The position numbers were made by a program, and so were the translations under genes. A model generated the notes under the pieces. It was not told where the DNA came from, ran no database searches, and was given only the letters and a program-made list of their open reading frames with translations. This document shows, piece after piece, positions 1 through 8,950 of a stretch of DNA of 20,000 nucleotides; position 1 is the first letter of the stretch; each line of letters opens with the position of its first letter. Origin of the DNA: an uncultured virus (IMG/VR IMGVR_UViG_3300005201_000716) (lineage: Duplodnaviria; Heunggongvirae; Uroviricota; Caudoviricetes); IMG/VR virus record IMGVR_UViG_3300005201_000716; one strand, written 5' to 3'.

Positions 1-2
1 AT

Positions 3-761
3 AACATAAACACCAAAGTATTTACCGAATATACAGCTTCGACTCTATTATGGGGTGATAGCGGCTATAATGTCGCCGCCGCCGCTCCTGTAAATGAAAA
101 TACTCTAATCATTTTCGGGGGCGCGACGGAGTCAGGCAAACAAGCCGCCTTGTTTAATCTGTCCACACGCGCTTGGACTGCCCTCCCGGAATTACCGTTC
201 ACGGCTACCTATGTCTCAGCGCAGCGGATTGGCGATAGGATATATGCCGTTACTCAGACGGAAGTTTGGATATTGAGATTGCCTGATATGAGCTGGGTCA
301 GAGATAACGCCGTTAGTGGAGTATCGGCAATTGGCCGCAAAAATTCTGTATACATTGATAATTGTTTGGTTTTTGCTGTCGCTAATACATTGGTTTCTTA
401 TGACCCCGAAAGGAAAAAGCTGTGGTCAACGGCCATAACCCTAAACGGGCTTAACTCAGCATATATGCTTGTTTACGATGGCGAGTTATATGCCGCAGGT
501 TCAGGCACGGCAAATTATCCTTTGGCGATATGCCGTATAGAGCAAGGCGAACAATTAAGACCGGATGCGGCGGATGAAGTTATCGGGAACGTTACGGCGG
601 GGCAGGAATTATATTATATACGGCGAAACGACGCTATTTTCCTTGAGTTAAACAGCAACGAATTACCGGAGGGTTTATCTGTGATACCGGAAAACGGGCT
701 GCTTAAGGTTGGTTACAGACGGTTTACGCGGAATAACTTTGTGCGCGGGTGGATCGGATAA
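3..761 (+). CDS. Kelch/beta-propeller repeat protein, 5'-truncated by the window edge (possible tail fibre or receptor-binding protein)
   Basis: The frame is open from base 3 (NINTKVFTEY...). Kelch-like blades: LIIFGGATESGKQAALFNLSTRAWTALPELP, RIGDRIYAV...LPDMSWV, VSYDPERKKLW, VYDGELYAAG. Confidence 0.7.
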   Translation, partial: NINTKVFTEYTASTLLWGDSGYNVAAAAPVNENTLIIFGGATESGKQAALFNLSTRAWTALPELPFTATYVSAQRIGDRIYAVTQTEVWILRLPDMSWVRDNAVSGVSAIGRKNSVYIDNCLVFAVANTLVSYDPERKKLWSTAITLNGLNSAYMLVYDGELYAAGSGTANYPLAICRIEQGEQLRPDAADEVIGNVTAGQELYYIRRNDAIFLELNSNELPEGLSVIPENGLLKVGYRRFTRNNFVRGWIG

Positions 762-776
762 ACGGGGAGGCGAAAA

Positions 777-1028
777 ATGTACAGTCATAAAATTTGGGAT
801 AAGGTTACACCTATTAACGGCGTCGCGGCGGCTGATGTATTAAAAATCCATAACATAACAAAGGGCGCGGTCGGCATTGTCTCAGACGATAAAGGACACG
901 TAGTTGTGCTTCAGTATGACAATGCGAATCCGCTGTCAAAAGCGGATTTGACGGCGAAGCTAAAACTGTTAACAAAGGAAATGAACAAGCCTACTTTGGC
1001 AGAACCGGAGGTGGTTGAAAATGATTAG
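777..1028 (+). CDS. Hypothetical phage protein (83 aa), possibly a tail-fibre-associated chaperone
   Basis: Strong SD GGGGAGG just upstream of the ATG; directly follows the Kelch gene. Function is inferred from position only. Confidence 0.7.
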   Translation: MYSHKIWDKVTPINGVAAADVLKIHNITKGAVGIVSDDKGHVVVLQYDNANPLSKADLTAKLKLLTKEMNKPTLAEPEVVEND

Positions 1029-1090
1029 CGAGGCACACGGAAAATAGGATGAGCGGCGAGGTATACGGACAGCGAGGGAGATGACACAAA

Positions 1091-3643
1091 ATGGCTGATG
1101 ATTTTGGACTGCGAATTGGCGTCGAAGGCGAGAAGCAATTTAAACAAGCGTTATCGGAAATCAATCAGGCGTTTAAGGTTCTCGGCTCTGAGATGCAGCT
1201 TGTGACAAGCCAGTTCGATAAAAACGATAAATCAGCCGCCGCGCTCGCCTCCCGGAATACGGTCCTTAATAAAGAGATTGATGCGCAAAAAGAGAAAATT
1301 ACCACATTGAGAGCGGCGCTTGATAACGCGGCGGACTCTTTCGGCGAAAACGACAAGCGGACGCAAAACTGGCAGATACAGCTAAACAAAGCCCAAGCCG
1401 AGCTTAACGGTATGGAGCGGGAGCTTGGCGATAACGAAAAGGCTCTTGACGATATGGGCGACGAGATGGAGGATGCCGCTAAAGACACCGACAAACTTGG
1501 AGATGAACTGGAGGACACCGGCGAGACCGCCGACGACGCCGGAGGCAAATTCGAGAAGCTGGGCGCTATCGTTAAAGGTATCGGCTTGGCTATAGGAGCG
1601 GCGATGGCGGCAATTGGCACGGCGGCGGTCGCGGCGGGTAAGGCGCTCTACGATATGGCAAACGACGCGGCGGCGGCCGGAGACCGAATCGACAAGGATT
1701 CACAGAGATTGGGTTTGTCCGCTGAAGCATATCAAGAGTGGGACTATGTTTTATCGCAGTGCGGCGGCAATATAGACAGCCTCGGCGCGGGTATGAAAAC
1801 CCTGCAAAAAACGATGGACGGGCTGACTGAGGACGGCGATAAATCCTCCGAGGCGTTCAAAAAAATCGGCATAAATTTTGACGATATCAAGAACAAATCC
1901 CCGGAGGAAGCCTTCAATATGACAGTCAAGGCTTTACAGAATATGCCTCCGGGCGCGGAAAAGACCGCCGCCGCTATGAAGCTGCTGGGCAAACAGGGTA
2001 TGGAACTGATGCCGCTTTTAAATTCCACGGCGGACGATATTGACGGGCTGAAACAAAAGGCGCACGACCTCGGTATGGTCATGTCGGAGGACGCCGTGAC
2101 AGCGTCGGTTAGATACACAGACTCGCTGGACACGTTAAAACGCACGTTCGGGGGTTTGAAAAACTCCATCGGCTCGGAATTACTGCCCGGTATGACTATG
2201 ATAACCGACGCGTTCACAGGGCTTATCACCGGACAGGAGGGCGCGGGCGAAGCGTTGAAAGCGGGCGCGGAGGAGATTGTTAAAAGTATCGGAGATTTAA
2301 TACCGCGCTTGTTGGGGTTAGTCAATTCGATTGTGTCGTCCGTCGCGGAGGTAGCGCCGGATATCATCGGTTCTCTTGTGAGCGCCATCGTGGAAAATCT
2401 GCCCGCCGTCATAGAAGCGGCGGTCAGTATTATAACGACCTTGCTCGGAGGGATTATTGACGCCTTGCCGCAATTAACGCAGGGCGCTTTACAGCTTATC
2501 CTCGCGCTGGTAAACGGCATACTCGAAAATCTGCCCGCCATTCTGGAAGCCGCAATCCAAGTGGTGGTCACGCTTGTTCAAGGCATTTCCGACGCGCTTC
2601 CGAAATTGATACCGGCTATAGTACAGGCTGTGGTTACGATGGTACAGGCGCTAATCGACAATCTGCCTATGATATTGGAAGCCGCGCTGCAATTAGTTCT
2701 CGGACTAACACAGGGCATTTTGGACGCTCTGCCTCAGTTGATAGCCGCGCTGCCCGCCATCATCATCGGCATTGTGGATTTCATCATCGGCGCGATACCG
2801 CAGATTATAGACGCGGGGATAAAACTTCTCGTGTCGTTGGTGGAGGCTTTGCCGGAAATCATCACCGCCATCGTTAAGGCCATACCGCAGATTATCGACG
2901 GGATTATAAAAGCGGTTATAAACGCCATTCCACAGCTTATTGAAGCGGGAATAAAGCTGCTGATTTCGCTGGTACAGAACCTTCCGCAGATAATCACGGC
3001 GGTAGTAGCCGCTATACCGCAGATTATATCATCGCTCGTTACGGCTATCATCGGCAGCATTCCGCAGTTGGTACAGGCGGGTATACAGCTTTTCATATCA
3101 CTGATAAAGAACCTGCCGACCATTATTGCGGAAATCGTGAAAGCCATACCGCAGATTATTGCTGCCATCGTCAAGGGCTTCACGGACAACATCGGCAAAA
3201 TCGTGCAGGTCGGAGGCGACCTTATAAAGGGGCTGTGGCAGGGCATTTCCAATGTAGCCGATTGGATATGGAGTAAAATCTCCGGCTTCTTCGGCGGCAT
3301 TGTGGATAAAATCAAGGGCTTTTTCGGAATTAAATCGCCGTCCACCCTATTCGCGGGACTTGGCGAGAATATGGGTCAGGGTATCGGCGTGGGCTTCGAG
3401 CGGGCAATGGATCAGGTCGGTGAGGATATGCAAAACGCCATCCCCACCGACTTCGATATGCCCGGCGTGAACGTCGGCGACAGTAGTTTCGGTTTATCCG
3501 CGCACGGTGGCTTCGCCGGGCCGCTCATTACCATACAGCAGATGTTTGTACGCAGCGAGGACGACATCCGCAGGATTTCACAGGAACTATATAATTTGAT
3601 GCAAACCGGTTCAAGGGCGCAGGGGCGGTTCAGTCCGGCGTAA
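1091..3643 (+). CDS. Phage tail tape measure protein (850 aa)
   Basis: N-terminus MADDFGLRIGVEGEKQFKQAL, a coiled coil, long amphipathic helical repeats (LPQIIxAGIxLxxxLV) and the C-terminal GFFGIKSPS motif; followed by Dit. Confidence 0.95.
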   Translation: MADDFGLRIGVEGEKQFKQALSEINQAFKVLGSEMQLVTSQFDKNDKSAAALASRNTVLNKEIDAQKEKITTLRAALDNAADSFGENDKRTQNWQIQLNKAQAELNGMERELGDNEKALDDMGDEMEDAAKDTDKLGDELEDTGETADDAGGKFEKLGAIVKGIGLAIGAAMAAIGTAAVAAGKALYDMANDAAAAGDRIDKDSQRLGLSAEAYQEWDYVLSQCGGNIDSLGAGMKTLQKTMDGLTEDGDKSSEAFKKIGINFDDIKNKSPEEAFNMTVKALQNMPPGAEKTAAAMKLLGKQGMELMPLLNSTADDIDGLKQKAHDLGMVMSEDAVTASVRYTDSLDTLKRTFGGLKNSIGSELLPGMTMITDAFTGLITGQEGAGEALKAGAEEIVKSIGDLIPRLLGLVNSIVSSVAEVAPDIIGSLVSAIVENLPAVIEAAVSIITTLLGGIIDALPQLTQGALQLILALVNGILENLPAILEAAIQVVVTLVQGISDALPKLIPAIVQAVVTMVQALIDNLPMILEAALQLVLGLTQGILDALPQLIAALPAIIIGIVDFIIGAIPQIIDAGIKLLVSLVEALPEIITAIVKAIPQIIDGIIKAVINAIPQLIEAGIKLLISLVQNLPQIITAVVAAIPQIISSLVTAIIGSIPQLVQAGIQLFISLIKNLPTIIAEIVKAIPQIIAAIVKGFTDNIGKIVQVGGDLIKGLWQGISNVADWIWSKISGFFGGIVDKIKGFFGIKSPSTLFAGLGENMGQGIGVGFERAMDQVGEDMQNAIPTDFDMPGVNVGDSSFGLSAHGGFAGPLITIQQMFVRSEDDIRRISQELYNLMQTGSRAQGRFSPA
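2390..3170 (+). repeat. Degenerate coding tandem repeats (about 11/22 aa period) of the tape measure protein
   Basis: Recurring LPAIxEAA / IPQIIxA units, and the nucleotide unit ATACCGCAGATTAT recurring several times. Boundaries are approximate. Confidence 0.8.
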
Positions 3644-3655
3644 AGGGTGTGCGGC

Positions 3656-4429
3656 ATGGGATTCATATACAACGGAATATCATCGCAAAATATGAATATC
3701 AAAGCAAGGCTGACCAACTGGCTGCTTTCCCCACTCCTCCGCAACTCATATGTGACTATACCCGGCAAACCCGGCTTAGCCGATTTCGGATGCGACAGCG
3801 CAGAGCGGTATATTATTATGAAATGCGGCGTGTACCCGCAGCGTGATTTTTCGGAACTGGTAGCCGTGTTGGACGGCTTGGCCGCTTGGCTCAATCCGTC
3901 GCGGGGGCTTGGCGAGTTGATACTTGACGATGTGCCGGACAGATTTTTTTGGGCGCGTTTGTCCGATGCGGTAGACTGTGAGCGGCTTATTCGGTCAGCG
4001 GGACAGTTCGATTTGAATTTCGTATGCCCCGATCCCCACGCATACGCTATTGCCGATGAGACATACACCATCACAGCGGCGGGCAGCCACACGGTCACCC
4101 GCCTCAAAGGAAGCGCCGCGTCGGAGCCGGTTTATTCCCTCAAGGGCGTTATTCCCTCCGGCGCGTCCACTTACATTTCGCTAACGACAAACGGCGCGGA
4201 GCTTCGAATCGTGGGCGCGCTTAATTCCGGCGAAACACTGGTAATCGATAGCGGCTTGGTTACGGCGAAAGTGATAAACGGCTTGGGTGTTACGCTCCGA
4301 AACGGTCTTCCATGCCTGCAGGAGTTAAACTTTCCAACATTACAAAGAGGAGCGAATACCGTGGTTATCTCTGCGGTGGGCGCGACGTTTACCGAATTGA
4401 GTATACAGGCGAAGAGCCGATGGAGGTGA
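3656..4429 (+). CDS. Distal tail protein (Dit) / siphovirus tail component
   Basis: Follows the TMP. N-terminus MGFIYNGISSQNMNI; motifs VTIPGKPG, GELILDDVPDRFFWARL, FDLNFVCPDPHAYA, GETLVIDS, FPTLQRGANTV. ATG 3656 is preferred over GTG 3647. Confidence 0.9.
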   Translation: MGFIYNGISSQNMNIKARLTNWLLSPLLRNSYVTIPGKPGLADFGCDSAERYIIMKCGVYPQRDFSELVAVLDGLAAWLNPSRGLGELILDDVPDRFFWARLSDAVDCERLIRSAGQFDLNFVCPDPHAYAIADETYTITAAGSHTVTRLKGSAASEPVYSLKGVIPSGASTYISLTTNGAELRIVGALNSGETLVIDSGLVTAKVINGLGVTLRNGLPCLQELNFPTLQRGANTVVISAVGATFTELSIQAKSRWR

Positions 4430-4433
4430 GTGT

Positions 4434-6947
4434 ATAGCGGTAAAATCAGTTTTAACAGCGCAAGAAGATTTCACGGGAGAGTTTCCGATTACCGCAAAAA
4501 CCGCCGTTATGTGGCGATTTAACGAAGCCGCGCCGGATGGTGAAACACGTTTGTTGGATTCTTCCGGTAAGGGGCGGCATTTGACTATTTCCGGTTGGAG
4601 CGGTACGACGGCCAATCTGTTAAATGGCCGCCACGGGCGGTATTTTCGGATGAACACCAATAACCCGACCACAGAAAAGACGCACCTGATCGCCACAAAT
4701 GACGGTGCGTTTTTTAATAACCTCGGTAGCAAAATCGCCGTGGGCGGTTGGATTAACCCTACCACATACTCAGTCGGGCAGACGTATATTCCGCTTTTCA
4801 ATACAAGGCAAGGCCCCGGACAGCCGATTATATATATTTCGCTCTTAAGCGGCCGTCCTCGTATGATGCTGTACAACTCGGCGGGAACGCTGCTCCTCGA
4901 CCAAAGCGAAACGCCGACATTCAACTTTATAAATAACGGCTGGTACTTTATCGGGGCGATAATCAGCTTGGTTGGCAACACCTCGCAGATGCTCATATGC
5001 AACCGCGCGAACGGAACGGTCTGGACGGCTCCTGTCCGTAATTATTCAGGTGTCCTCAACCCGTCCTGTACTGCAAACATCGTCTTAGGTATGCACGCCG
5101 ACACCTATTATTACGCTGGTGGTTTAGACGACTGGTTCTTTGAAACCGATAGCGATTTAACTATCGGGGATTTGGAGCGGTATTTCCGGCAAGCGATAAT
5201 GGCGAACGGCGGCGACACTTCCGGCAACGTAGACGCGCTTGTCGAACCTGGCGCGGTGTTGCTAAAAAGGACAGGTAGCGATTATGCCGGGGACGGCGCG
5301 CTTATTACCACGGCGGCGCCTTGTTCGCTCTCCGGCAGCGGGCGCGTGTCGGTAACAAGCGAGTACACTGCGGGAACGACGGCAATCAGCCTGATTGAAA
5401 CATCAACGTCTGATGATATGGCCAACTGGTCGGCTTGGCAGCCGGTCGGCGCAAGCGGTGAGTTGGCTTCGCCTAACAGGGAATACATCCGCTATCGCGT
5501 TACCCTGACCACAAACGATACCAACATAACGCCAAAGCTGCTTGACATTCAGCTACACGATATACCGAGGCCGCCATATGAGCGGCTCGGTTTCGCCCGG
5601 CCTATGGTCTTGGATTTGAACGGCGCTTGGGAGTCGGTTCTTGAAAACGCCTACGACATTATTGTCACCGGCGAGGTCAACGGCGCGGATACTTTGGATT
5701 TTAAGATACCTTACAGCGACGCCAAGCGGCTAACTCTGGATAACGAAAAAGCCGTGCAGATAGTCAGCGATATATACCGAATCCGTACCATCACCGACGA
5801 AAAAAGCTCGGATGGCAGCGCGGTTACGACCGTGTACGCGGAAGCCGCGTTTTATGATCTGGCGTTTTCCGCTGAAAAGGAGCCGGTGGAATTTAACGCC
5901 GACAAAGCCGACGTCGCTATGCGTTACGCCCTGCAAGGTACGGGTTGGTCGGTAGGGACGGTCAATGTGACCACACTGCGGACTTGGATGTGCGAGGAGA
6001 AAAACGCTCTGGCTATACTGCGTATGGTACAGAATATCCACGGCGGCGACTTAGTGTTTGATAACGGCAATAAAATCGTGCATCTGCTAACATTTAGCGG
6101 AAAGGAGAGCGGCGCGTTGTTCGCTTACCGCAAAAACCTTAACAGTATCAAGCGGGTGGTAGATACCCGTTCATTGGTGACGAGGCTGTATGCTTACGGC
6201 AAAGACGGTATGACCTTCGCATTGATTAACGGAGGCAAGGAATATGTGGAGGACTTCACCTATTCAAACGAAGTACGGGTATCCACGCTTGATTGCTCTA
6301 ATTTTTCGAATCCATATCAGATGTTGGAATTCGCCCGAATGTGTCTTGCGGAGTACGCAAAGCCGCGAGTTTCTTATGTACTGTCCGCTATGGATTTGTC
6401 GGTACTGACAGGCTACGAACACGAACAGTGGGAACTTGGTGATATTGTCACGGTGGATGACCGCGATTTGAATATGACGGTTCAGACACGGATTATCCGG
6501 CGGGAATACAATCTGCAAGAGCCGTGGAAAACAGTGCTGGAACTGTCCTCAAAGCTGCGGGAGTTGGGTGATTCATCAACGGATGCCATCGCGGATCAGC
6601 TTGACCAGTCCAATCTAATCGGGCAGGAAATAAAGGATATGGTGCCGTTTAACCATCTGCGGAACAGCCGCGCGGATGATGGCTTCGCCTACTGGCAGAA
6701 TTCCGGATTTACGGTTGATACCGATAATGGCGTGTCCGGCACGGCTTCGTTCAAAGCAACAGGCGTGTCAAATATGACAAAGAGCATAGCGCAGACGGTA
6801 TATCCTGCGAACCGCCGTAGTTATACCATTTCCGCGCAGATAGGCTCGGAAAATTTACAAAAAGGCTCTGGCGGTCAGGTCGGTATTGAGGTTGTGTTCG
6901 AGTACGAGGACGGGACGACTGAAACACGGTTTATTGATTTGTTCTGA
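4434..6947 (+). CDS. Tail tip/spike protein: N-terminal LamG/ConA-like domain, phage minor structural (Tal-like) domain, C-terminal partial CBM-like domain
   Basis: LamG-like WRFNE...DSSGKGRHLT...GWINP...GWYFIG...AGGLDDW. Tal-like VLENAYDIIVTGEVNGADTLDFKIP...LVTRLYAYGKDG...ELGDIVTVDD. SD GGAGGT (4422-4427) points to an in-frame ATA at 4434, 25 codons upstream of the first ATG (4509). Confidence 0.88.
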   Translation: MAVKSVLTAQEDFTGEFPITAKTAVMWRFNEAAPDGETRLLDSSGKGRHLTISGWSGTTANLLNGRHGRYFRMNTNNPTTEKTHLIATNDGAFFNNLGSKIAVGGWINPTTYSVGQTYIPLFNTRQGPGQPIIYISLLSGRPRMMLYNSAGTLLLDQSETPTFNFINNGWYFIGAIISLVGNTSQMLICNRANGTVWTAPVRNYSGVLNPSCTANIVLGMHADTYYYAGGLDDWFFETDSDLTIGDLERYFRQAIMANGGDTSGNVDALVEPGAVLLKRTGSDYAGDGALITTAAPCSLSGSGRVSVTSEYTAGTTAISLIETSTSDDMANWSAWQPVGASGELASPNREYIRYRVTLTTNDTNITPKLLDIQLHDIPRPPYERLGFARPMVLDLNGAWESVLENAYDIIVTGEVNGADTLDFKIPYSDAKRLTLDNEKAVQIVSDIYRIRTITDEKSSDGSAVTTVYAEAAFYDLAFSAEKEPVEFNADKADVAMRYALQGTGWSVGTVNVTTLRTWMCEEKNALAILRMVQNIHGGDLVFDNGNKIVHLLTFSGKESGALFAYRKNLNSIKRVVDTRSLVTRLYAYGKDGMTFALINGGKEYVEDFTYSNEVRVSTLDCSNFSNPYQMLEFARMCLAEYAKPRVSYVLSAMDLSVLTGYEHEQWELGDIVTVDDRDLNMTVQTRIIRREYNLQEPWKTVLELSSKLRELGDSSTDAIADQLDQSNLIGQEIKDMVPFNHLRNSRADDGFAYWQNSGFTVDTDNGVSGTASFKATGVSNMTKSIAQTVYPANRRSYTISAQIGSENLQKGSGGQVGIEVVFEYEDGTTETRFIDLF

Positions 6948-6967
6948 TGAGATGAGACGGTGATTTT

Positions 6968-7162
6968 ATGGCATATTTTCAACATATAGCGCGGGATGCT
7001 TCGCCGAAGGGTTACGGCAAACTGCGCTCCATCACCGTCCGTCTCGTTATTCATAACTGCACAGGTGAAGTGTGGTTTACTGACCTTATGCTACAGGCAG
7101 GTTCACTTGCCACTGGGTGGGTCGGCCATATCTGTGAAATAAAGTGGACGATGGATGGGTGA
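6968..7162 (+). CDS. Small tail-associated protein (64 aa), resembling the C-terminal half of a CBM-like jelly-roll
   Basis: SD-like GGTGAT upstream. Motif SITVRLVIHNCTGEVWFTDLMLQAGSLATGW; paralogous to the N-terminus of 9446-10012. Confidence 0.8.
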   Translation: MAYFQHIARDASPKGYGKLRSITVRLVIHNCTGEVWFTDLMLQAGSLATGWVGHICEIKWTMDG

Positions 7163-7167
7163 TTAAT
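7158..7167 (+). repeat. Left copy of 10-bp direct repeat GGTGATTAAT
   Basis: Identical to 9448-9457; lies at the abrupt GC-to-AT transition. Confidence 0.75.
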
Positions 7168-7449
7168 GAATAGTAATAAAAAGTGATAATACTACAATAA
7201 TAACTGTAGGTTAATTTCTTAATATTTTTAGTATAATTGGATATTCGATACATTATTGAGCGAAAGCGCATAAAAATCTGAAATTTTGTTATATGGTAGA
7301 TGTTAAAATTGTGTCCTTGTGTTGACAATCAAGGTTTACATTGATAAATATTCGATTAGGTTTCGCGTGATAAGGTGAATCATTTATATTGATAATTCGA
7401 ACGCTAAATAAATACTGAATGCTACGTATAAATACGAGGAGGCGATTCA

Positions 7450-7773
7450 ATGTCTCATGGATATAATGGAAAATATATGACAAGAGCTGAGATTGATGAA
7501 TTGGAACACACTTTCGATTCTGATGAATGCTTAAAATTTGTGAAAAGTCTTCTTGATTCGCTTGATAATGATGAAGCATTTGGTGTTTGCAGATATTATT
7601 TACATAACGGTTATGAAACCTTATCAGAAAAGCAAAAAAAAGTTTTCAAAATAGCATTACAACAAAACCTCTTAAAATGCAGTCGCTGTGAAGATTTTTA
7701 TTGGATAGAAGCCGAATTTGTCATTGATAACGGGCTTTGTAGCTATTGCCAGCAATCTTGGGATAATAGCTGA
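7450..7773 (+). CDS. Hypothetical protein with C-terminal Cys4 zinc-finger-like motif (107 aa)
   Basis: SD GAGGAGG; CSRC...CSYC at the C-terminus. Confidence 0.8.
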   Translation: MSHGYNGKYMTRAEIDELEHTFDSDECLKFVKSLLDSLDNDEAFGVCRYYLHNGYETLSEKQKKVFKIALQQNLLKCSRCEDFYWIEAEFVIDNGLCSYCQQSWDNS

Positions 7774-7879
7774 TAAACACAGCAGAAGAAAGCTATATTT
7801 TGACGATTGAATAAAAAATCCGGCACCGTCAAAAGTAGCAACTTAAATACATTAAGGATAATAGAAGAGGAACAATACA

Positions 7880-8431
7880 ATGTACACTTTTAGAAGCAGA
7901 GAGCAAGGATCACTTAAAGTTTATGGTAATATTACTGGCCCGATTGAGGATTTTATTTCGTTGTTTTCTGCTTTTGAAGAATTGTATAATTTAGTTCTTG
8001 TTTTATCTGAGTCTTTGATATTTGACGAATACATCAATGTGTCAATGCTTAGAAAGCTACTAAAGAGTAGCATAAATACTCATCGGTATGGCGATTATTA
8101 TTTAAGAAGCTATGAGTCTGACCTTATATTACCTGAAGAACGACTTGTATTATCAAGTATCAATTTTAGTTCAACTGGTATATTTGATTTGTTAGGTGTT
8201 GCTTCGGTGCTTGAACAAATCAGAGAGTTTATTAAAGATATAACATATAGAAACAACCAACAAAAATGGGCGGGGAGAATTGAATTGTTGCAAAAAATTA
8301 ATGATTCATCTCTTATACAAGAAGAAAAACGTTTATTAATTAATAAAATCTATGCGCCTCTTAATAGGATCAAACGTGATATTGATATGAAAAAGATTAC
8401 AGATGTAAAATCAGGAGAAGCTAAAGAGTAA
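7880..8431 (+). CDS. Hypothetical protein (183 aa)
   Basis: SD AGAGGA; long ORF in AT-rich DNA; no recognised motif. Confidence 0.75.
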   Translation: MYTFRSREQGSLKVYGNITGPIEDFISLFSAFEELYNLVLVLSESLIFDEYINVSMLRKLLKSSINTHRYGDYYLRSYESDLILPEERLVLSSINFSSTGIFDLLGVASVLEQIREFIKDITYRNNQQKWAGRIELLQKINDSSLIQEEKRLLINKIYAPLNRIKRDIDMKKITDVKSGEAKE

Positions 8432-8477
8432 TCTCTTCACCTTATTATACAAAGATGTAAATCAAATTCACAGATGG

Positions 8478-8879
8478 GTGATACTGTTGATAATACAAAA
8501 AGTAATTAATCCTGATATAGTAGAATACCCATCAGTATTGGGAGGCAATAATACAGGCTATCTTCACGGTTGTGCCATATGTCAGTTTTTTTTTAATAAA
8601 GGATGGAGTGATGAACCTCAAGATATTTATTCAATACTAAGTTCTACATCAAATAAAACTGAGTTTAATCAACTATGCTTGAATTCAACGCATTGCGCTC
8701 CAATCATTGAAAAATTTTTAAATGGAACATATAAGGCAAAATACGACGGTGGTAATGGTGCCGATGATATTTACGTATGGAATAATGGCGATGCAATAGT
8801 GGCAGTAGAAGGAAAGCATAGAATATGTATTGCAAAGCGGTTTAAAATTAAGGAAATTCCAGTTATTTTTGATGAATAG
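8478..8879 (+). CDS. ParB/sulfiredoxin-like domain protein (133 aa; start may be TTG 8487)
   Basis: C-terminal IYV...VAVEGKHRICIAKRFKIKEIPV matches the ParB/Srx (D/E)GxHR...IPV signature. Confidence 0.65.
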   Translation: MILLIIQKVINPDIVEYPSVLGGNNTGYLHGCAICQFFFNKGWSDEPQDIYSILSSTSNKTEFNQLCLNSTHCAPIIEKFLNGTYKAKYDGGNGADDIYVWNNGDAIVAVEGKHRICIAKRFKIKEIPVIFDE

Positions 8880-8950
8880 ATAGTATATTTCAGCTTTCAT
8901 GCTATTAGGTGCTGTAGAAATATATTAAAATAAATTAAGAGGTTGATATA

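Noticed and set aside
1165..4107. Long minus-strand ORFs (151-275 aa) opposite the tape measure and Dit genes
   Set aside because: Shadow ORFs arising from codon bias of the real + strand genes; no SD and no recognisable motifs.
6921..6960. GAAAC...CTGATGAG resembling a hammerhead ribozyme core
   Set aside because: Stems I and II cannot be formed; CTGATGA is simply the tandem stop codons of the tail tip gene.
6940..6970. Programmed frameshift or read-through fusing Tal to the 64-aa ORF
   Set aside because: Double TGA in the Tal frame, a TGA at 6953 in the downstream frame, and no clear slippery heptamer.
7322..7351. TTGACA as a sigmaA promoter for the AT-rich cassette
   Set aside because: No convincing -10 hexamer at 16-18 nt. 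A promoter is likely somewhere in 7168-7440 but cannot be placed.
8473..8482. GATGGGTGAT also present at 7154-7163, as a possible internal cassette boundary
   Set aside because: Largely an SD-like sequence expected before genes; insufficient on its own.
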